Assembly (NCBI GenBank): GCA_040954595.2
Contig: CM082590.2
Location: 1,984,001-2,048,000 of the forward strand
Length of the DNA: 64,000 nucleotides
Direction: 5' to 3'
From: Balanoglossus misakiensis
Lineage: Eukaryota; Animalia; Hemichordata
The notes under the pieces: generated by a model
The model's database searches: none
The model's input: the letters and a program-made list of their open reading frames with translations, nothing else
Told to the model about the DNA's origin: nothing
Part shown: positions 52,617 through 64,000 of the stretch, piece by piece
Position numbering within the stretch: the stretch's first letter is position 1
How the letters are laid out: each line of letters starts with the position of its first letter
Program-made: the position numbers and the translations under genes

Positions 52617-55600
52617 TTTGAAATTTCGCAAAGTCGAAGAATTGTTATTTTTGGGTGATTTTCATGAGCTATAACGCATGATTTTTTTCTTCAAAAATGT
52701 GAAGAAATTTTGAACTTTTGCAATGTGGACAAATTGTAATTTTTGGATGATTTTCATGAGCTATAACCCATGATTTTTTCCTTTGAACTTTAACAAGGTA
52801 ACCCATGATTTTTTTCAAAAAAATGAAGAAATTTTGAACTTTTGCAAAGTCGAAAAATTGTAATTTTTTGATGCTTTTCATGAGCTGTAACCCATAATTT
52901 TTTTCAAGAAAACGAAGAAATTTTGAACTTTCGCAATGTGGAAAAATTGTCATTTTTGGATGATTTTCATGAGCTATAACACGTGATTTTCTTCAAAAAA
53001 GTGAAGAAATTTAGAAATTTTGCAAAGTCGAAAAACTGTCATTTTTGGATGATGTTCATGAGCTATAACCCATGATTTTTTTCAAAAAAGTGAAGAAAAT
53101 TTGAACTTTCGCAATGTGGAAAAATTGTCATTTTTGGATGATTTTCATGAGGTATAACCCATGATTTTTTTCTTTTGAAATTTATCAAGGTAAGTAATGA
53201 TTTTTTTTTTAAAAATGAAGAAATTTTGAAGTTTCGCAGAGACGAAAAATTGTAATTTTTTGATGGTTTTCATGAGCTGTAACCATGATTTTTTTCAAGA
53301 AAACGAAGAAATTTTGAACTTTCGCAAAGTCGAAATAATGTCATTTTTGGACTATTTTCATGACCCATATTTTTTTTTCAAAAAAGTGAAGAAATTTTGA
53401 ACATTCGCAAAGTCTAAAAATAGTCATTTTTGCACGATTTTCAGGACCTATAACCCATGATTTTCTTCACAAAAATAAAGAAGTCGACATTTTTTTATTT
53501 TTAGGTGATTTTTATGACCCATGATTTTTTTTCAAAAAATGAAGAAATTTTGAAATTTCGCAAAGTCGAAAAATTGTAATTTTTTGATGGTTTTCATGAG
53601 CTGTAACCATTGATTTTTTTCAAGAAAACGAAGAAATTTTGAACTTTCGCAAAGTCGAAAATTTTTTATTTTTGGATGATTTTCGAGAGCTAAAAGCCAT
53701 GATTTTTTTCCAAAAATGTGAAGAGATGTTGAACTTTCGCAAAGTCGAAATATTGTCATTTTGGACGATTTTCATGACCCATGATTTTTTTTTTCAAAAA
53801 AGTGAAGAAATTTTGAACTTTCGCAAAGTCTAAAAATAGTCATTTTTGGACGATTTTCAGGACCTATAACCCGTTATTTTCTTCAAAAAATGAAAGAATT
53901 TTGAAATTTCGCAAAGTCGAAGAATTGTTATTTTTGGGTGATTTTCATGAGCTATAACGCATGATTTTTTTCTTCAAAAATGTGAAGAAATTTTGAACTT
54001 TCGCAATGTGGACAAATTGTAATTTTTGGATGATTTTCATGAGCTGTAACCCATGATTTTTTTCTTTTGAACTTTATCAAGGTAACCCATGATTTTTTTT
54101 AAAAAATGACGAAATTTTGATTTTTCGCAAAGTCGAAATATTGTCATTTTCGGACGATTTTCATGACCCATAATTTTTTTTCAAAAAAGTGAAGAAATTT
54201 TGAAATTTCGCAAAGTCTAAAAATAGTCATTTTTGCACGATTTTCAGGACCTATAACCCATGATTTTCTTCACAAAAATAAAGAAGTCGACATTTTTTTT
54301 ATTTTTAGGTGATTTTTATGACCCATGATTTTTTTCAAAAAAGTGAAGAAATTTAGAAATTTCGCAAAGTCGAAAAATTGTAATTTTTTGATGGTTTTCA
54401 TGAGCTGTAACCCATGATTTTTTTTCAAGAAAACGAAGAAATTTTGAACTTTCGCAAAGTCGAAAATTTTTTATTTTTGGATGATTTTCGAGAGCTAAAA
54501 GCCATGATTTTTTTCCAAGAATGTGACGAGATGTTGAACTTTCGGAAAGTCGAAATATTGTCATTTTGGACGATTTTCATGACCCATGATTTTTTTTTTT
54601 CAAAAAAGTGAAGAAATTTTGAACTTTCGCAAAGTCTAAAAATAGTCATTTTTGGACGATTTTCAGGACCTATAACCCGTTATTTTCTTCAAAAAATGAA
54701 GGAATTTTGAAATTTCGCAAAGTCGAAGAATTGTTATTTTTGGGTGATTTTCATGAGCTATAACGCATGATTTTTTTCTTCAAAAATGTGAAGAAATTTT
54801 GAACTTTCGCAATGTTGACAAATTGTAATTTTTGGATGATGTTCATGAGCTATAACCCATGATTTTTTTTTCAAAAAATTAAAAATTTTGAAATTTCGCA
54901 AAGTCGAAAAATCGTAATTTTTGATGGTTTTCAAGAGCTGTAACCCATTATTTTTTTCACGAAAACGAAGAAATTTTGTGACTTTCACAAAGTCAAAAAA
55001 TAGTTATGTTTTGATGATTTTCAAGAGCTAAAACCCACAATTTTTTTTTCAAAAATGTGAAGAAATTTTTAACTTTCGCAAAGTCGAAATATTGTCATTG
55101 TTGGACGATTTTCATGACCCACAGTTTTTTTTCAAAAAAGTGAAGAAATTTTGAACTTTCGCAAAGTCGAAATATTAGTACTTTTGCACGATTTTCAGGA
55201 CCTATAAGCCATGATTTTCTTCAAAAAATGAAGAAATTTTGAACTTTCGCAAAGTCTAAAAATAGTCATTTTTGGACGATTTTCAGGACCTATAACCCGT
55301 TATTTTCTTCAAAAAATGAAGGAATTTTGAAATTTCGCAAAGTCGAAGAATTGTTATTTTTGGGTGATTTTCATGAGCTATAACGCATGATTTTTTTCTT
55401 CAAAAATGTGAAGAAATTTTGAACTTTCGCAATGTGGACAAATTGTAATTTTTGGATGATGTTCATGAGCTATAACCCATGATTTTTTTTCAAAAAATTA
55501 AAAATTTTGAAATTTCGCAAAGTCGAAAAATCGTAATTTTTGATGGTTTTCATGAACTGTAAGCCATTATTTTTTTCACGAAAACGAAGAAATTTTGTGA

Positions 55601-58600
55601 CTTTCACAAAGTCAAAAAATAGTTATTTTTTGATGATTTTCAAGAGCTAAAACCCACAATTTTTTTTTCAAAAATGTGAAGAAATTTTTAACTTTCGCAA
55701 AGTCGAAATATTGTCATTTTTGGACGATTTTCATGACCCATAGTTTTTTTTCAAAAAAGTGAAGTAATTTTGAACTTTCGCAAAGTCGAAATATTGTTAT
55801 TTTTGCACGATTTTCAGGACCTATAAGCCATGATTTTCTTCAAAAAATGAAGAAATTTTGATATTTCGCAAAGTCGAATTTTTTTTTATTTTTAGGTGAT
55901 TTTTATGACCCATGATTTTTTTTCAAAAACGTGAAGAAATTTAGAAATTTCGCAAAGTCGAAAAATTGTTATTTTTGGATGATTTTCGAGAGCTAAAACC
56001 CATGATTTTTTTTCCAAAAATGTGAAGAGATGTTGAACTTTCGCATGAGCTGTAACCATGATTTTTTTCAAGAAAACGAAGAAATTTTGAACTTTCGCAA
56101 AGTCGAAATATTCTCATTTTGGACGATTTTCATGACCCATGATTTTTTTTCAAAAAAGTGAAGAAATTTTGAACTTTCGCAAAGTCTAAAAATAGTCATT
56201 TTTGGACGATTTTCATGAGCTATAACCCATGATGTTTTTCTTTTGAAATTTATCAAGGTAACCCATGATTTTTTTTCAAAAATTTAAGAAATTTTGAACT
56301 TTCGCAAATTCGAAAAATTGTAATTTTTAGATGATTTTCGAGATTTATTCAAAAAAGTGAAGAAATTTAGAAATTTTGCAAAGTCGAAAAATTGTCATTT
56401 TGGATGGTTTTCATGAGCTGTAACCCATGATTTTTTTCAATAAAACGAAGAAATTTTGAACTTTCACAAAGTCAAAAAATAGTTATTTTTGGATGATTTT
56501 CAAGAGCTAAAACCCACATTTTTTTTTCAAAAATGTGAAGAAATTTTTAACTTTCGCAAAGTCGAAATATTGTCATTTTTGGACGATTTTCATGACCCAT
56601 GATTTTTTTTGCAAAAAAGCGAAGAAATTTTGAACTTTCGCAAAGTGTAAAAATAGTCATTTTTGGAAGATTTTCATGAGCTATAACCCATGATTTTTTT
56701 CAAAAAAGTGAAGAAATTTAGAAATTTCGCAAAGTCGAAAAATTGTTATTTTTGGGTGATTTTTATGACCCATGATTTTTTCAAAAAATGAAGACATTTT
56801 GAACTTTCGTAAAGACGAAAAATTTTTCATTTTTGGATGATTTTCATGAGCTATAACCGATGATTTTTTTTCAAAAAAGTGAAGAAATTTAGAAATTTTG
56901 CAAAGTCGAAAAACTGTCATTTTTGGATGATGTTCATGAGCTATAACCCATGATTTTTTAAAAAAAATGAAAAAATTTTGAAATTTCGCAAAGTCGAAAA
57001 ATCGTAATTTTTGATGGTTTTCATGAGCTGTAACCCATTATTTTTTTCACGAAAACGAAGAAATTTTGAACTTTCACAAAGTCAAAAATTAGTTATTTTT
57101 TGATGATTTTCCAGAGCTAAAACCCACAATTTTTTTTTTTTCAAAAATGTGAAGAAATTTTTAACTTTCGCAAAGTCTAAATATTGTCATTTTTGGACGA
57201 TCTTCATGACCCATAATTTTTTTTCAAAAAAGTGAAGAAATTTTGAACTTTCGCAAAGTCTAAAAATAGTCATTTTTGCACGATTTTCAGGACCTATAAC
57301 CCATGATTTTCTTCAAAAAATGAAGAAATTTTGAACTTTCGCAAAGTCGAAAAATTGTGGTTTTTTGATGGTTTTCATGAGCTGTAACCCATTATTTTTT
57401 TCAAGAAAACGAAGAAAATTTGAACATTCGCAATGTGGAAAAATTGTCATTTTTGGATGATTTTCATGAGCTATAACCCATGATTTTTTTCAAAAAAGTG
57501 AAGAAAATTTGAACTTTCGCAATGTGGAAAAATTGTCATTTTTGGATGATTTTCATGAGGTATAACCCATGATTTTTTTCTTTTGAAATTTATCAAGGTA
57601 ACCCATGATTTTTTTCAAAAAAGTGAAGCAATTTTGAACTTTCGCAAAGTCGAAATATTGTCATTTTTGGACGATTTTCATGACCCATATTTTTTTTTTC
57701 AAAATAGTGAAGAAATTTTGAACTTTCGCAAAGTCTAAAAATAGTCATTTTTGCACGATTTTCAGGACCTATAAGCCATGATTTTCTCCAAAAAATGAAG
57801 AAATTTTGAACTTTCGCAATGTGAAAAAATTATCATTTTAGGATGATTTTCATGAGCTGTAACCCATGATTTTTTTCAATAAAACGAAGAAATTTTGAAC
57901 TTTCACAAAGTCAAAAAATAGTTATTTTTGGATGATTTTCAAGAGCTAAAACCCACATTTTTTTTTTCAAAAATGTGAAGAAATTTTTAACTTTCGCAAA
58001 GTCGAAATATTGTCATTTTTGGACGATTTTCATGACCCATAATTTTTTTTCAAAAAAGTGAAGAAATTTTGAACTTTTGCAAAGTCTAAATATAGTCATT
58101 TTTGCACGATTTTCAGGACCTATAACCCATGATTTTCTTCAAAAAATGAAGAAATTTTGAACTTTTGCAAAGTCGAAAAATTGTGGTTTTTTGATGGTTT
58201 TCATGAGCTGTAACCCATTATTTTTTTCAAGAAAACGAAGAAAATTTGAAGTTTCGCAATGTAGAAAAATTGTCATTTTTGGATGATTTTCATGAGCTAT
58301 AACCCATGATTTTTTTCAAAAAAGTGAAGAAAATTTGAACTTTCGCAATGTGGAAAAATTGTCATTTTTGGATGATTTTCATGAGGTATAACCCATGATT
58401 TTTTTCTTTTGAAATTTATCAAGGTAACCAATTATTTTTTTAAAAAATTGAAGAAATTTTGAACTTTCGCAAAGTCGAAAAATTGTAATTTTTAGATGAT
58501 TTTCGAGAGCTAAAACCCATGATTTTTTTTCCAAAAATGTGAAGAGATGCTGAACTTTCGCAAAGTCGAAATATTGTCATTTTTGGATGATTTTCATGAG

Positions 58601-61600
58601 CTATAACCGATGATTTTTGTTCAAAAAAGTGAAGAAATTTAGAAATTTTGCAAAGTCGAAAAATTGTCATTTTTGATGGTTTTCATGAGCTGTAACCCAT
58701 GATTTTTTTCAATAAAACGAAGAAATTTTGAACTTTCACAAAGTCAAAAAATTGTTATTTTTGGATGATTTTCAAGAGCTAAAACCCACATTTTTTTTCA
58801 AAAATGTGAAGAAATTTTTAACTTTCGCAAAGTCGAAATATTGTCATTTTTGGACGATTTTCATGACCCATAATTTTTTTTCAAAAATGTGAAGAAATTT
58901 TTAACTTTCGCAAAGTCGAAATATTGTCATTTTTGGACGATTTTCATGACCCATAATTTTTTTTCAAAAAAGTGATGAAATTTTGAAATTTCGCAAAGTC
59001 GAATTTTTTTTATTTTTAAGTGATTTTTATGACCTATGATTTTTTTAAAAAATGAAGAGATTTTGAACTTTCGCAATGTGGAAAAATTATCATTTTAGGA
59101 TGATTTTCACGAGCTATAACCCATGATTTTTTTTCCAAAAATGTGATGAGATGTTGAACTTTCGCAAAGTCGAAATATTGTCATTTTGGACGATTTTCAT
59201 GACCCATGATTTTTTTTCAAAAAAAGTGAAGAAATTTTGAACTTTCGCAATGTGGAAAAATTGTCATTTTTGGATGATTTTCATGAGCTATAACCCATGA
59301 TTTTTTTCAAAAAAGTGAAGAAAATTTGAACTTTCGCAATGTGGAAAAATTGTCATTTTTGGATGATTTTCATGAGGTATAACCCATGATTTTTTTCTTT
59401 TGAAATTTATCAAGGTAACCCATGATTTTTTTCAAAAAAGTGAAGCAATTTTGAACTTTCGCAAAGTCGAAATATTGTCATTTTTGGACGATTTTCATGA
59501 CCCATATTTTTTTTTTCAAAATAGTGAAGAAATTTTGAACTTTCGCAAAGTCTAAAAATAGTCATTTTTGCACGATTTTCAGGACCTATAAGCCATGATT
59601 TTCTCCAAAAAATGAAGAAATTTTGAACTTTCGCAATGTGAAAAAATTATCATTTTAGGATGATTTTCATGAGCTGTAACCCATGATTTTTTTCAATAAA
59701 ACGAAGAAATTTTGAACTTTCACAAAGTCAAAAAATAGTTATTTTTGGATGATTTTCAAGAGCTAAAACCCACATTTTTTTTTTCAAAAATGTGAAGAAA
59801 TTTTTAACTTTCGCAAAGTCGAAATATTGTCATTTTTGGACGATTTTCATGACCCATAATTTTTTTTCAAAAAAGTGAAGAAATTTTGAACTTTTGCAAA
59901 GTCTAAATATAGTCATTTTTGCACGATTTTCAGGACCTATAACCCATGATTTTCTTCAAAAAATGAAGAAATTTTGAACTTTTGCAAAGTCGAAAAATTG
60001 TGGTTTTTTGATGGTTTTCATGAGCTGTAACCCATTATTTTTTTCAAGAAAACGAAGAAAATTTGAAGTTTCGCAATGTGGAAAAATTGTCATTTTTGGA
60101 TGATTTTCATGAGCTATAACCCATGATTTTTTTCAAAAAAGTGAAGAAAATTTGAACTTTCGCAATGTGGAAAAATTGTCATTTTTGGATGATTTTCATG
60201 AGGTATAACCCATGATTTTTTTCTTTTGAAATTTATCAAGGTAACCAATTATTTTTTTAAAAAATTGAAGAAATTTTGAACTTTCGCAAAGTCGAAAAAT
60301 TGTAATTTTTAGATGATTTTCGAGAGCTAAAACCCATGATTTTTTTTCCAAAAATGTGAAGAGATGCTGAACTTTCGCAAAGTCGAAATATTGTCATTTT
60401 TGGATGATTTTCATGAGCTATAACCGATGATTTTTGTTCAAAAAAGTGAAGAAATTTAGAAATTTTGCAAAGTCGAAAAATTGTCATTTTTGATGGTTTT
60501 CATGAGCTGTAACCCATGATTTTTTTCAATAAAACGAAGAAATTTTGAACTTTCACAAAGTCAAAAAATTGTTATTTTTGGATGATTTTCAAGAGCTAAA
60601 ACCCACATTTTTTTCAAAAATGTGAAGAAATTTTTAACTTTCGCAAAGTCGAAATATTGTCATTTTTGGACGATTTTCATGACCCATAATTTTTTTTCAA
60701 AAATGTGAAGAAATTTTTAACTTTCGCAAAGTCGAAATATTGTCATTTTTGGACGATTTTCATGACCCATAATTTTTTTTCAAAAAAGTGATGAAATTTT
60801 GAAATTTCGCAAAGTCGAATTTTTTTTATTTTTAAGTGATTTTCATGACCCATGATTTTTTTTCAAAAAAAGTGAAGAAATTTTGAACTTTCGCAATGTG
60901 GAAAAATTGTCATTTTTGGATGATTTTCATGAGCTATAACCCATGATTTTTTTTTAAAAAGTGAAGAAATTTAGAAATTTCGCATAGTCGAAAAATTGTC
61001 ATTTTTGGACGATGTTCATAGGTATAACCCATGATTTTTTTCTTCAAAAATGTGAAGAAATTTTGAACTTTCGCAAAGTCGAAAAATTGTTATTTTTGGA
61101 TGATTTTCGAGAGCTAAAACCCATGATTTTTTTTTCCAAAAATGTGAAGAGATGTTGAACTTTCGCAAAGTCGAAATATTGTCATTTTGGACGATTTTCA
61201 TGACCCATGATTTTTTTCAAAAAAGTGAAGCAATTTTGAACTTTCGCAAAGTCGAAATATTGTCATTTTTGGACGATTTTCATGACCCATATTTTTTTTT
61301 TCAAAATAGTGAAGAAATTTTGAACTTTCGCAAAGTCTAAAAATAGTCATTTTTGCACGATTTTCAGGACCTATAAGCCATGATTTTCTCCAAAAAATGA
61401 AGAAATTTTGAACTTTCGCAATGTGAAAAAATTATCATTTTAGGATGATTTTCATGAGCTATAACCCATGATTTTTTTTTCAAAAAAGTGAAGAAATTTA
61501 GAACTTTCGCAAAGTCGAAAAATTGTAATTTTTTGATGGTTTTCATTAGCTGTAACCCATATTTTTGTCAAGAAAACGAAGAAATTTTGAACTTTCGCAA

Positions 61601-63124
61601 TGCGGAAAAATTGTCATTTTTGGATGATTTTCATGAGCTATAACCCATGATTTTTTTCAAAAAAGTGAAGAAATTTAGAAATTTCGCAAAGTCGAAAAAT
61701 TGTCATTTTTGGACGATGTTCATAGGTATAACCCATGATTTTTTTCTTCAAAAATGTGAAGAAATTTTGAACTTTCGCAAATTCGAATTTTTTTTATTTT
61801 TGGATGATTTTCGAGAGCTAAAACCCATGATTTTTTTTCCAAAAATGTGAAGAGATGTTGATTTTTCGCAAGGTCGAAATATTGTCATTTTTTGACGATT
61901 TTCATGACCTATAATTTTTTTTCAAGAAAGTGAAGAAATTTTGAACTTTCGCAAAGTCTAAAAATAGTAATTTTTGCACGATTTTCAGGACCTATTAGCC
62001 ATGATTTTCTCCAAAAAATGAAGAAATTTTGAACTTTCGCAATGTGAAAAAATTATCATTTTAGGATGATTTTCATGAGCTATAACCCATGATTTTTTTT
62101 TCAAAAAAGTGAAGAAATTTAGAACTTTCGCAAAGTCGAAAAATTGTAATTTTTTGATGGTTTTCATTAACTGTAACCCATATTTTTTTTCAAGAAAACG
62201 AAGAAATTTTGAACTTTCGCACTGCGGAAAAATTGTCATTTTTGGATGATTTTCATGAGCTATAACCCATGGTTTTTTTTAAAAAAGTGAAGAAATTTAG
62301 AAATTTCGCAAAGTCGAAAAATTGTCATTTTTGGATGATGTTCATAGGTATAACCCATGATTTTTTTCTTCAAAAATGTGAGGAAATTTTGAACTTTCGC
62401 AAATTCGAAATATTTTGATTTTTGGATGATTTTCGAGAGCTAAAACCCATGATTTTTTTTCCAAAAATGTGAAGAGATGTTGATTTTTCGCAAAGTCGAA
62501 ATATTGTCATTTTTTTTGACGATTTTCATGACCTATAATTTTTTTTCAAGAAAGTGAAGAAATTTTGAACTTTCGCAAAGCCAAAAAATAGTCATTTTTG
62601 CACGATTTTCAGGACCTATGACCCATGATTTTCTTCACAAAAATAAAGAAGTCGACATTTTTTTATTTTTAGGTGATTTTTATGACCCATGATTTTTTTC
62701 AATAAAGTGAAGAAATTTAGAAATTTCGCAAAGTCGAAAAATTGTAATTTTTTGTTGGTTTTCATGAGCTGTAACCCATGATTTTTTTTCAAGAAAACGA
62801 AGAAATTTTGAACTTTCGCAAAGTCGAAAAATTGTTATTTTTGGATGATTTTCGAGAGCTAAAACCCATGATTTTTTTTCCAAAAATGTGAAGAGATGTT
62901 GAACTTTCGCAAAGTCGAAATATTCTCATTTTGGACGATTTTCATGAGCTATAACCCATGATTTTTTTCAAAAAAGTGAAGAAATTTAGAAATTTCGCAA
63001 AGTCGAAAAATTGTTATTTTTGGGTGATTTTTATGACCCATGATTTTTTCAAAAAATGAAAACATTTTGAACTTTCGCAAAGACGAAAAATTTTCATTTT
63101 TGGATGTTTTCATGAGCTATAACC
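52617..63124. repeat. Satellite C block 2 (~120 monomers of ~82-90 bp) with a 1817-bp higher-order duplication
   Basis: Same consensus as block 1; identical spurious ORFs at 58440 and 60257, and variant 'gtgaagcaatttt' at 57623 and 59440 (offset 1817). Confidence 0.96.
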
Positions 63125-64000
63125 AGTTCGTGTTCAGTCTAAAATAAGACATCGTTTCTGCGCATTCGCAATGCAATGCAATGCTACTGCGCAAGTGCAG
63201 AACAGGCCTGGACATGAAATTTGGTCAGGTCATAAAAGGTCAAAGGGAGTTCCTCGTACCATGTTCGTAAATTCCCATGTTCGTACACATCAAAAACTGG
63301 CCACGCTCCTCATCATTGTGTCGATTGTTTCTGTTCTCGGTCTGTCGGAATGGATCGAACATCAACTGTATTATTTCTATTTATCAGTTTGACCTCCTAA
63401 ATTTAGTTTACGTGTTGGACATTAGCAAAAACTAATGTTTTAGCAAAAATTAGCATTAGCAAAAACGTATAGATTTTAAGTAAGTACGCGGCATGCAATG
63501 GCATTGGCATGTCACTTGGCGCGTACTTGTGTTGACCGTTGAACAGACCAAGCAATCGAACCATTTCCGTATTTCGATAGCATTCTAACTCGTGTTAAAA
63601 GTCATTCGCATTATATATAACCAGATAAACGATTTCGTCAGTTTGAGACACATTTTAGCGTATAGTTCGTTGTTCCTTCGCTTTTGCTAAAGTTGGTCGT
63701 GTGTTTGTCTCACCAGCCAGATAAGAGTGTGATTGATAGCGTACCATATGAACCTAACGTCAAATAAGCTGAACTACACATACGAGGTTCATTACTGACA
63801 TGCATGTCACGATCAACAAGAGTAAGGAATTTTAAAAAGTTTTCCCCATTTTTCCCCAATGACCAGTTACCACGTGTCATACATCAATGGAAAGATTACT
63901 TTCTTGTTCGTCAGAAAATTGAAAAAAAAACGCTGATTGAATGAGTACAATTATACAAAAGAAGCACCAAGAAAACGTGGTATTACTTGTTGGTCAGGCA
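63125..64000. other. Non-satellite, relatively CpG-rich sequence of unknown nature (possibly another repeat element)
   Basis: Abrupt junction at 63124; short repeats (gcaat x3, ttagcaaaa x3); no convincing ORF. Confidence 0.3.

Noticed and set aside
52669-62883. Many K/F-rich ORFs in satellite C
   Set aside because: Artefacts of A/T tracts with variable homopolymer lengths.

Overview
Eukaryotic (metazoan, probably marine-invertebrate) AT-rich, heterochromatin-like window with no recognisable host genes, RNA genes or CRISPR arrays. Three unrelated satellite families dominate: a 116-bp satellite (1-22850), a ~192-bp satellite (27940-37588) and an ~82-90-bp A/T-tract satellite (38511-40353 and 52617-63124), all with local higher-order duplications. 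A 5'-truncated, dead L2/CR1-group LINE sits in the 116-bp array and was tandemly triplicated with 14 monomers as a 3958-bp unit. Other elements are a 500-bp TTAA-target MITE whose empty site is visible in a paralogous copy, a truncated palindromic element, and a ~10-kb degraded CACTA/EnSpm-like (CMC) DNA transposon. That transposon carries two head-to-head genes: a ~1000-codon DDE transposase pseudogene (-) and a five-exon accessory gene (+), missed by the ORF track, that resembles C14orf93-like proteins. All family assignments come from motif recognition only; no searches were run.
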